Of a DNA stretch of 64,000 nt, positions 11,501 to 23,500 are shown in pieces (position 1 is the first letter of the stretch; every line of letters starts with the position of its first letter). A model generated the notes under the pieces. It worked only from the letters and a program-made list of their open reading frames with translations. It made no database searches and had not been told where the DNA came from. The position numbers and the translations under genes are program-made. Origin of the DNA: Malacoraja senta (lineage: Eukaryota); assembly GCA_038087875.1 (NCBI GenBank), contig CM075980.1:124001-188000 (forward strand), given 5' to 3'.

Positions 11501-14500
11501 GCTCACTGTTCAGTACGCTACACTTCCCATTGTTGCATGTGAAAAAGTTTCATCAGTCAACACAGATGATGTCTTCTCCTTACAAATCATTCCATGACTT
11601 CACTCCTACTGTCTGCCATGTGACTATGTCTTGAGAGTATTAACCTAAGAGTCATGTGGAGGTTGGAGAATTCTGAGGGGTACGAGTTCAATGGGGCAGG
11701 GAGATTGTGAAGCAGGGTCTTCAGGAGGCTTTAGCAGGTGAATTCATTCAGGATTCTGTTTGTAATGAAGATGAAAGGAATGGGAGAATAGATAGTGATG
11801 AGTTGCACCAAGGGTGTGTCAGACATGGCAGCCGTTGGGCATATTAACTGAGATCTTGTAAGAGATAGAGAGGATTGTGATAGATCTGTGTTGCTCTCCC
11901 AGGGCTGGAGGTTGAGGATGACTTTAGAGGAGCAGAAATCAAAGGGATTTGATATGGCCATTTGATGGCACGGTGTAGATATACTGTGGATTGTGTGGTG
12001 AAGCTGATAATTGAGATTAATGTTAATTGATGGTGACCTCAGCTAATTGTTTTGATTATCTGTTTTTAAGAAATCCTTTGGTTCTCCCAATATCTTTAAT
12101 TTTTTGTGACCATTCTCATTTTTGTTTTTAATAGATCCTTGGTTAGTAAGGAAAGACCGGAAGAAAGACAAAGAAAAGAAAAAGAAAAAGAAAAGCATTG
12201 ATCCAGATTCTATCCAAAGTGCCTTGCTAGCATCTGGCCTTGGATCTAAAAAGCCCAGCTTCTCCACCACGTCAATAAGCAGCACAACCAACAATGCACT
12301 TCCTTCAGGTATAAGTGTTGCCAATGTGGGAAAAGGTTAATAAACCTGTGCAGAATTACCAATTAGTACAGTGCAATGTTTGTTATTATGTGGGTGAAAC
12401 AGCTTTGTTTTAATCTTGCATTGTTAGGCACGCATAGGATTAGAGTCCATTTTCGAGAAAAATAAATTTCTCTTTCCTCCAAATAAAACTCTAGGTAACA
12501 GTAGCCATAGTATTGTAGCCAGCCAAGACGCAGTAGAAAGAGCCCAGCAAATGAAACGAGAGTTACTCGAGAAACTGGACAGGCTCGCTGAAGATCTACC
12601 TCCCAACACACTGGACGAACTCATAGACGAGCTTGGTGGCCCGGACAACGTGGCAGAGGTCAGTGTGAAGAGAACCATGTGGTCACGTGCATGTACCTGT
12701 AACTGACCAGCATCTATAAGGTGGACATCCCATGAGATGTTCCCCAGGAGCCCTGATATTGAGCCACAAGGAAACAGCCATGCAAAATAGGATTATTAAT
12801 CTATGTTGGGATTACAGTGAAGATGGGTCCTATGGTGATAGGAGGTAAACACAATGTAGCAAGCTCAAATAGAGGCAGCAGAGAAATTGAGTTGATGTGT
12901 GTGAAATGGGAGTTTGGCGAGAAAGGCACAGATCTTTGTAAATGTAGAGTAAACAAAAGCACATGTAAGATTTCAGCCACACATCATATTTGGTGCAAGC
13001 ATTGAGGTCGGACATTTGCTTGTCATTCTCAGACCATGGCTTGTGTAAATTGGCAGTGATGTTGAAAGTGAGGAGGAGAGTGTGGCTACAGAATAATATT
13101 GAGTTGGTAATAGAAGCAGAGAAGTGACAGGTGAAAAAAATTGAGGTATTGCATTCTGAAAGGTCAAATAAGTCTGTATACAATAAATGGTAAAAGCTTA
13201 AGTAGTACTGAGGATGAGAGGAAGCTGGGTGAGTACGGCCTTTCACCCCTGCGCAGGAAGAGAAGTTGGTTAAGAATGCTTTCCTTCATTAAAGGGGCAT
13301 AGAACAAGTAAACCAAAAAAGACAGCTTTTTAAATTATTTTTTTAATATTTTATTTATTAGAAGTAATGTACATTACAGTGATATAAGCCAAAAATAACA
13401 TAATACATTTCCTGTACCAGTTGTTTTAAACTTTAAAAAGGAGAAGAATAGAGAGAGTTAGATAAGATAGTAAGTGCGTGAAAGAGTGATCAGGAGAAAC
13501 CCGTAGAAACGTAAAACACGTGAAAGAGTTAAAAAGAAAACCATAGGAAAAGAAAGAGAAAAATAGAAAACAGAAGATATAAGAAAGTAAAATAAGATAA
13601 AAGGGATGTACCTACTTTGTATCTTTACACACCCCTCACCAGGTCCTGAAACCATTTATTTTCAAAGTTATGTTGCACCCTATGCTTGTAATAAGTCGAT
13701 AAATGGAGACCAAATCTTTTGGAAATGGTCTGATTTGCCTGCTAGGAGGAATCTCATGTCTTCGAGGTGTAACATTTCGGACACATTTGAAATCCACATT
13801 TTTATCGTTGGTGTGGGAGCGTTTTTCCAGAATTTAAGTATGTTTTTTTGCCATTATTGCCGTAATTAAGGAAGCTCTTTTGGAACGAAGTCAGCTCAAA
13901 GCTGGCTTCCATAGTTCCAAAAACAATCAATTCTGCGTTCGGTTTCAGTTTTATTTTAAATAATTTTGTAAAAATTTCATCGATTTAATTCCAAAAATTT
14001 TGGATTTTTATACAAAAAACAAAGGAATGTGCTATAGTTGCTTCTTGGGATAGACATTTATCACAGATGGGGGAGACATTTGGAAAAAAATTACTTATTT
14101 TAGTTTTTGAGTAATATAGTCTATGTAAGGTTTTGAATTGGATTAGAATATGTCTTACATTGATCGAGCATTTGTGCACATATAGCAAGTGTTTATCCCA
14201 ACTCTCTTTTGAGATTTTTATAGCTAGTTCTTGTTCCCAATCTCTTCTAATTCTATCGGATGATGGTATTTCTATATTTAGGATGATATTACAGGGCTCT
14301 CGCTTAACTTTTTTTCTCTGTTGCCAGACGGGCAACCTTGGCAGCTTTTTAGGTTGCCAAATGACAGTTTAGGTGGTCATTTAAGATGGCTTGCATGACG
14401 CGTGCGATAATGTGCTTGGAGCAATGAAGCATTCACATATTATTTCTGCTTCAAATAAAGTCACAAGCTAAACATATTCACCAATCAAGACATGATATAT

Positions 14501-17500
14501 CCCACAATGACATGCAGCAAAATTAATAGACAGTATCTCAACTCTTTTTACACATTGCAATTAATGCAATTTCTATTAGTTCTTTCCACTTCCAAACAAA
14601 AATGTGTCAATAAATCCTGGACCATGGTAAAATATATGCGTACGTATAGTTATGATTGTTGCTCATTAAATAACTACAGTACTGATACTCCATATTAAGA
14701 GCATTGATTTGCCATTAAAATGAATTCTGTAATAACATGTCAATGGTAGCAGTGACAATCGAACACTGCGGTTTTAATGTTTCACGTGTTCACAATTTAA
14801 TTCATCCATCTTTATGGATTAAAACAAATAATAACATTGGGAATTAAAACACATTTGATTGCATTCCGTTATCAAACATAGTCAATGTTCGCTCTGAAGA
14901 CATTTCCAGCACAATGGGGTCTGGGAGGGGGGTGTGTGTGAATCAGTGTGGGGTGGATAGATGGCGGGGGTGGGGGGGGTTAGAAGGCAGTCGGTGCAGA
15001 ATGGATGGATTGAGGCAGGTGAATTTGTACGTGTTGGTTGGAGTAGGTAAAATTGTGAGGAGAGCATGGGGGATGTCATAGAAACATAGAAAATAGATGC
15101 AGGAGTAGGCCATTCGGCCCTTCGAGCCTGCACCGCCATTCAATATGATCATGGCTGATCATCCAACTCAGTATCCTGTACCTGCCTTCTCTCCATACCC
15201 CCTGATCCCTTTAGCCACAAGGGCCACATCTAAATCCCTCTTAAATATAGCCAATGAACTGGCCTCAACTACCTTCTGTGGCAAAGAGTTCCAGAGATTC
15301 ACCACTCTCTGTGTGAAAAATGTTTTTCTCATCTCGTCAGTGGTGTTGAATGGGGGGGTTCAGTACGGGATGGATGGGGTAGACAAAAGTGCTGGAGAAG
15401 CTCAGCGGGTGAGGCAGCATCTATGGAGCGAAGGAAATCGGCAAGGTTTCGGGTCGAGACCCTTCTTCAGACTGTTCCCCCCATTCTTCTTGAATGGGAG
15501 GATCAGTACAGGATGGATGGGGGGGGAGATCAGCGCAGGATGAATTGGGGGGGGTCTGTGCAGGATGAATGGGGGATCACTACAGGATGAATGGGGGATC
15601 ACTACAGGATGAATGAGGGGAAGGGGGGAAGGTGCAGGGTAAATGGAGGGTTGGTCAGTATGGGATGAATGTGTGGATTAGTACAGGATGGATGGGGGAT
15701 TAGTACAGGATGGATTGGGGATCAGTACAGGATGGATGGAGGAGAAGTGCAGGATGGATGGGAAAGGGGTAAGTACAGGGTGAATTGGGGAACCAGTGTA
15801 GGATGGATGGGGGGGGGGGGTGGGTGGCAGGAGAATCAATGCGAGGTGGATAGGGTGATCAGCGCAGGATGAATAGATGGGGGGGGGAGTAGATGGGGAG
15901 GGGAGCACAGGGGAGGACTGAATAGAGGCGGGAATGGGGATCAGTGCGGGATGGAGTGGAGGGGTCCCGGGATAAGGGGGTGGAGGGGCGTACAAGAGAG
16001 AGGGCGAGGTGGGGAGTAAGGAAGGTCAGCGCTCCTCGGACAACATCGCCCCGCTGCCTTGGCCGTTGGGAACTCCTCGCCACTGCCTACCTCCTCCGCC
16101 AGCCAACAGCAAGGTGCGGGGCCGGGCCAGGCGATGCAGCTCAGAGATCGTATAGCTTTCGGATCTTTGGTGCAGCTGTTTCAGACTGGTCGGAGCGAAT
16201 GACGGGCCCCGCACAGCGGCTCCACCGCCTCCTCCTGCCCCTCGCCCGCCCTGATAAGGGCCGCTGCTTGCAAACCCGCTAACGGCGATAACCGCTTTCG
16301 AAACAAACCGCTCCTGCACGCCGAGGCCTCCCCGTCCCTCCCGGCCTCGGCGTGCGGGAGGGTTTGTTTCGAAAGCGGTTATCGCCGTTAGCGGAGTGGC
16401 AAGCAGCGGAAGGAGGAGGAGATGGAGCCGCTATCGCGGCCGCTGCTGCCGCTGTTCGGGGCCCGTCATTCGCTCCGACCCTTCCTCACACCGCATCTAG
16501 TATCTTTGCCCCGCACAGCCGCCGCCGACACGAAACGTCACGTTCCTATTCTCCAGAGATGCTGCCTGACCCGCGGAGTTACTCCAGTTTTTTGTGTCTA
16601 TCTTCGGTACAAACCAGTATCTGGTTGCCAAGCCGGGCAAAATGACTCGGTGTTTAGGTTGCCCGGTGGCGCTTTGAGTGGTCAGTGGCACCCGGACAAC
16701 CGCTAATTTCGAGCCCTGTATTATTCAAGTATGATATTAAATTAGTTGATTCTGCCTTTATATTCATTGCTTCGTCAAATAGGTCTGGAGACAAATTTTG
16801 ATATTCTTGTGTATTTTTTCAAATAATCACGGATTTGAAAATATTTAAAATATTGATTACTTCTCAGATTGTATTTAAGTTGTAGTTGGAATGATTTTAA
16901 AAAATCCAGTTTCATACATGTCTCCAAACGTTTTAATTCCTATTCTTTCCCAATGTGTAAATGATTTATCTATAATGGATGGTTTAAACGATGGATTATT
17001 AACTATGGGAGAGAGAAGCGATAGGTTTCTTAATTTTAGGGTTAATTTTATTTGTTTCCAAATTCTAATTGTACTATGCATAATTGGATTTTTACTGTAT
17101 ATTGTGAGTTTTATTGGTGAGAGAAGGATCGCTCCTATATTAAAAGGGGAGCAATCCTCTCTCTCCATTACTATCCAATCCACCCGTTGGGCAGAGTTGT
17201 CCAACAGGTGAATCACATTTTTGACATTTGCTGCCCAATAATAATACAAAAAATTAGGGAGTGTTAATCCACCAAATTCTTTAGGTTTGCACAAATGTCT
17301 TCTTTGAATTCTATGGGATTTATAGTCCCATATAAAATTTGTGATATCAGAATCCAGTTTAAAAGACAGCTATTAAACGTGTTTATTTTTAATTACTTCC
17401 TAGAGCTTTTTCTAATTTCAGAAAATAAGATTTTAAGTTGGTAAAATGTCATACTTGACAAAAGGCAATATTCTGCTTATGCTTATGAAATCATATTAAT

Positions 17501-20500
17501 GACTAAGTTGTTCATAGTATTCATCTTTAATTACTGTTGTTCCTTGTTTGATATATTGAAATGTTCCTGTAATTCAAATGTTGCTAAACTTCTTGAATTG
17601 AAATGTTGTTTTCTAGATGACAGGCCGGAAAGGTAGGGTTGTGAGCAACGATGATGGCAGTATATCTTACGAGTCTCGGTCCGAACTTGATGTTCCTGTG
17701 GAAATCCTCAACATCACGGAAAAGCATCGGTTTATGAATGGAGAGAAGGTATGAGGAGTTCTCGTCAGACATTTATTTTACAGGCGATGCTCTGATTATC
17801 ATTTTTGATTATTGTTTTTTGCACACCAGAATATTGCGATAATTTCGGAAGCAGCCAGTTCTGGGATTTCATTGCAAGCAGATCGCAGAGTAAAGAACCA
17901 ACGGCGACGGGTGCACATGACACTGGAGCTGCCTTGGAGTGCAGACCGTGCCATTCAACAGTTTGGTGAGAGCCCGCCACAGTTTTGTTCCCTCCTCTCT
18001 GTACATGAAGTTTAGTAACTTTATTTTAGACAATTGGTGGAAGACCGACTGTGCCAGTTAGATGTAATGTCTGAAGCTAGGGAATTGTTGGCCAAAATCA
18101 CCCAAATGTTCAAATTCCTCACCACTGATTGCCATCAGCAGGCATCTGCTCCACTGCTGAATATCTGCAGCTGTAATTAATGGATCTGAGACTTTTAAGA
18201 TCAACGGATTTTGGGTAAATCTTTTGCTTTTGCTGGAACTGGAAACTGATTATTGTTTGATTCACAGGTAGAACACATCGGTCAAACCAGGTGACTTCTC
18301 CCGAGTATGTTTTTCTAATATCTGAATTGGCAGGTGAACAGAGATTTGCTTCTATTGTTGCAAAGAGGCTTGAAAGTTTGGTAAGTTCATAACTTTTAAA
18401 ACAACATTTCCAACAAGGTTGCATTTCCAGTTTCACACCAAGTCCAACAAATTGGAGAAATTAAAAAAACTGCCCCAAAAGGTTGCCACCCAGGTTCATT
18501 TTTATTAGTTGTCTTTCTCCCTATTCCATCCTCATTACTTGCCAACTAGATCTGAAAGGTTGGGATCTTTCTGCAGTTGATATGTTTGCAGTCTATTTGC
18601 TTTCATGATCTGCTAAAGAAGTTCATGAAATGACTGAATTTACTTCATTGACCATGGTAAAATATATAAAATATATTCTGCAAAAGCATATCGAAGCATC
18701 AATATCAACTGAGCAGATGGGAAAGGAAAGAAGAAAGACATTTAACAGCCTCTTTCACAATCAGCCAGCACAATTTCCTCCAGAGAGGAGAAAGTTGCAT
18801 TCTTGAAAAGGTGATGGTTAACGGTTATGGGCATAAGACAGGAGAATTGGGTTAAGAGGGAAAGATAGATCTGCCATGATTGAATGTAGACTCGATTGGC
18901 CGAATGGCCTAATTTTGCTCCTATGACATATGACCTTATGAGCAGCTGCTTGGGCAGTATTGAAGGGACCTTTTTATGAACATGTTTCAGAAATCATCTT
19001 GGGGATTTAACAATGGCTGGAGCTAGATACTTTGATGTTATTCGTTGCATAGGAAGTTGGAATTCACAACAGACCCGTATGTAAGACTAGCTTCAGAAAG
19101 CATTGTAACCTCTGTACTTGGAGTGCACCATTGCCTCATGTTAATGATATGAAGCATATTATTTTTGTATACCTTACTTCCTGGTTCCAACCAGTATCTT
19201 CAACCAGAGAACAATTCCTCCAGATTATGTCTGATCTGATCAGTGTTTTCCAACACTTTCTCTTTCAATTTCAAATTCGCAGCACCTACAGTTTTTGAGG
19301 GTTTTTTTCTAGGATGTTTACTTTGTTTTACCTTTTGGACAGGGTGCCCTAACTCATGGTGATAGACGTGCCACTGAAACCAGAGACCTGAGCAGGTTTA
19401 ACTTTGATAACAAGGTAATGTTCTAATTATCTGGGTGTGGAATAATGGGGTTTTACAGTTGCTTATTTTACTTTTCACAATTTATTTAATATTTAGTCAC
19501 TTTTCTAAGTTATTGCATGTATTTTGCAATTGAAATGAGAAATGGCATGACCACAGTAATTTTAATTCATCAAAACAAAAACCAGGATGTGGCAATAAGA
19601 TTCAGGCTCATTGTGAATGAAGTCATATGTTGTATGCACATAATCTGATAGGCTGCCACAATTCTAATGTGGTGATGGACTGTTTGCTACTTCTACAGTA
19701 TGGACGGAATGCCTTGGAAATAGTCATGAAGTCCATTGTAAATCTAGACAGTCCGCTGGTGTCATCACCGAAAGACTACTTTGGGGAATTCTTCAAAGGT
19801 ACAGTACACACTCTTATTTAACTTGTATCCACTGTTATGAACTCTATGCTTGGTTTAATCTGCTTTCTAAAGTTCTTGTCACCCAAGTAAAATTGTTCTT
19901 TCACACCTATTCATTTTTACGGTTAATGCAGCCTTGGTTCATTTACAGCATTCTAATTCTGGATTAGTTAGTTATGGTTCCAACTTCACAGCAGAGAGTT
20001 TGAGCGCTCCATCTTAGTTGAGACTGCCTCAGAAGCATAAGTTCATATACAATCCTTGCAATATTGGATGAAGAATTCTCTGTGCCTGAATCTTCAGATA
20101 AATGTGTAAGGTTCCACAGCACATGTTAAAGAAAAGGAAGTTTTCCTGTGTCCCGTCATTTATCTCATTTCTGTTTACATAAATGAATTCAAATTGATTG
20201 TCAGATTTCCTTTCAGTAAAGCTGCACGTCAAACAGAACAAACTTAACTACATGGAATGGTGCTTAAAGGTTTTTTGTGAAGTCTGCACACAATTCACGT
20301 GATCACTCAGCTCGCAAAAGGGAGCTGTATTAACTTTGCACATTTCATATAGATACGTCAACAGCTCTTCCAGTGAGCTGTTTGTTATCTGACCATGATA
20401 TAAACACCAAGCTGTTGATTTGTTTCATATGGTACACCGTGATGAGTTTAAACACCTCATGTCCTGTAACACGACTCCACTTGTGGTGGCACATCCATTT

Positions 20501-23500
20501 TTAAGAATGGCCCCTTCCTGCGTCAAGGCTGAAACACCTTGAGTGTGAGCAGCTGTAGACACTTTGTGTGCTGATGGTCCCCAAGGATGCAGGATCTGTT
20601 ATGAATTCCCCAGATGATACAGCAATGTTGCCCACAGGACGGTTCAACTACCTAGACATTCAATGCTTTTATTATTAACCTCATTGAGCGAGCCATGCTT
20701 TTCTTTTTGCCTTTGCTTTTTAGAATATAGAACAATACAGCACAATAGCAGGCCCTTCGGCCCACATGTTTGTGCTGAACATGACGCCAAGATCAACTAA
20801 TCTCATCTGCCAGCACATGATCCATGTCCCTCCATTCGCTGCACATCTATGTGCCTATGTGGAAGGTCTCAGATGCTGATGAGTCAGAGTCATGCCCCTT
20901 TTTCTGGTGCTAACTCGCACATTTCCTGCTTGATTATTTTTGCCACTTGAGTTCTGGGCGTGTTAAGCCAAGGCAGTATCCACAGTAGTGTAGAGCATAA
21001 CTAACATTACTGCTTTTAGAATATAAGTCCTCATGTTTTAACCCAACAAGTATCACCATGGATATTAACAGTAATGAAAGTGGAAAGTTGCAAGATCTGA
21101 AGAATTGCATCTCCATCTATTGGTCCTTTAATCAGCTCTAAACGTGCTCTAATAATTGCTTCCCCTTTATCTTTTGTTTGCTTTTTTTTCCAATTTGTTT
21201 TGGTTTTAATTTCTTTATTAAGCTAATTGCAGGTAACCTCTTCTGTGCCTTTGTATCTCTAGATGTTCGACAGGGATTAATTGGTGTTGGTTTAATAAAT
21301 ATGGAAGACCGTTCAGGACTGCTTACACTGGATAAAGGTAACATTTTCACGAAAGTCTGATCTTAAGGCGTGTTTCTGCAATCCAGGCCCCTTGGCTGAC
21401 GATGTGGTTAATGCATTGCAGATTACAACAATATCGGCAAATTCCTCAACCGGATCCTGGGCATGGAGGTGCACCAACAGAACGCACTCTTCCAGTATTT
21501 TTCAGATACTTTAACCGCTGTCATTCACAATGCTAAAAAGAATGGAAGATATGATATGGGAATTTTAGGTAAGTCCTTTATTTTATATTGTAATTTATTT
21601 TTATAAATTTATTCATCGATTTACCAATTTTTGCTTTTCATTTTGGACAGATCTGGGTTCTGGGGATGAGAAGGTGAAGAAACTAGAAGCTAAAAAATTC
21701 CTTACTCCTGGATATTCGGTGTCAGGACGTGTTGAACTGTATACTGTAAGTGGCTATACCCTTTTGGTGAGGTGGTTTGTATTTTGGATCTTTGGTTTTC
21801 CTTTTAACCAGGCCTTTTCCTGAGGTTCAGCACAAAGGCTCTTCAAAGTTGTGTGAGAACACCATTAAGGCAGAGTTCTGTCCTTGTCTAAGGTGTATGA
21901 GCTGCTGTAGGGAATGGCTGCTCAGCTATCGGGAGGTGAGATCTTGGGTAAGCTTTGGATGTTGAGACCATTTGTAACTCACTCCTGCTGCTTATGATTG
22001 AATGTAGACCCATCTCGCTGTCGCAAGAGAGCAACCAATATCATCAAAGACACCACCCACCCAGCACACAAACTGTTCACCCTCCTACCATCCGGCAAGC
22101 GCTACCGCAGCATGCGGAGCAAAACCACCAGATTCAAAAACAGCTTTTTCCCTCGGGCCATCAGGCTACTCAACACACTCAAGAAAATTCCATGAACATT
22201 ACACAAACAAAGACCAACTGACTGTCAAATTAACTTTAACTCAATGTCTGCAGTATGCTATTTGCACTTTTCTATATTGCACCTTTTATTATTGCACCTT
22301 AATAACATACCTCAAAATTTTACTACACTCTGGCACACTGTGAATATTTTATATAATGTATATGTCCATTGTCTATCTTTATTGGTATATTGTCTGTCTG
22401 TGTTATAAATATTACTTGCACATTGGAGTATGGGGAAACGCAATTTCAATCCTCTGTAACTACTTGTTGCATTATTTGAATTGACAATCAAGTTGACTTT
22501 TACTACTATACGGAATCATATTGAACAGTTGATCTAGCAGATGAACTCGGCTATTTACAGGTTGCTCCAAATGGGAACGTTTCCTATTCCCAGCCCATTA
22601 CGTTGTGCAGCTGAGGAGCACAGCTATCATAACTATGATTGAAGATGACATGAAACTCAAATACCCTAATAGAATTTGTAAGAGTTTGATTACCACAATT
22701 TTGGAGTTTTAACAAAGCATGTATCTTCGTAGGTAAGTGTTGAAAGAGGAATGTCCTGGGAAGAAGCTACAAAGATTTGGGCAGAGCAAATGGGAACGGA
22801 TGACGGCTTCTATCTGTCAATGCAGGTATGTGAAGGGAAAGGGGTGAAGTAAAGACTGTGGCTGGTGTTGTGGATCACATCCTGCTGCACGTTACAATAA
22901 CACTTGTCCTTGAGCTGGAACTGAATTGGTATTAAAAGATATCCTTCCAATATCATCAAATGTCTTTTTTTTGTACATTGGCAGTGAAATGGGAGAGTAC
23001 TGTACAGAACTAATTAATTAATTAATAGCAAATGTAATTATGTCCTTTTGTTCTAGATAAGAAATAATAAAAAGACAGCAATCCTTGTGAAGGAAGTTAA
23101 CATCAAGAAGAGACTGTTTATGATGTACAGACCAAACACTGGCAAACAGCTCAAGCTGGAGAATTATATTGACGTAAAAAAGAAGTATAAAAAGGTGAAG
23201 GGAAATTTGCTAAACAAACCTAGTGGTATGTGGACATGCCGGTTACTGACATAATGTTGCTTTGTTTCCTCAAGCAGCGCAGTGGCACGTCGCTGCCCCA
23301 CAGCTCCAGGTGCAACGATCCACACACCACCGTCACTGGGTGCTCTCGCGGGTTTTCCATGTTTCTCCCTCCCTCTCTCTGGCTGGCATGGGCGTGGTGG
23401 GCCGAATGGTCTATTTTCATGCTGTGACTTTGACACATCGCAAAGATGTGCGGCTAGGGTAAATTAGCTACTGTAAATTAGTATGGTATGGGACTTTATT

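Larger units (their letters stand above)
13328..17360 (-). mobile_element. 5'-truncated L1-clade LINE (ORF2 3' part), interrupted by the DNA transposon
   Basis: [18 protein letters not shown] and the CCHC knuckle [19 protein letters not shown]; A-rich tail at about 13328-13360; 11-bp TSD AAAAGACAGCT (13317-13327 and 17361-17371). Confidence 0.88.

Noticed and set aside
19800-21260. Intronic snoRNA or miRNA candidates in SBNO1 introns
   Set aside because: No convincing C/D or H/ACA box arrangement with terminal stems was seen by eye; an Rfam/Infernal scan would be needed.
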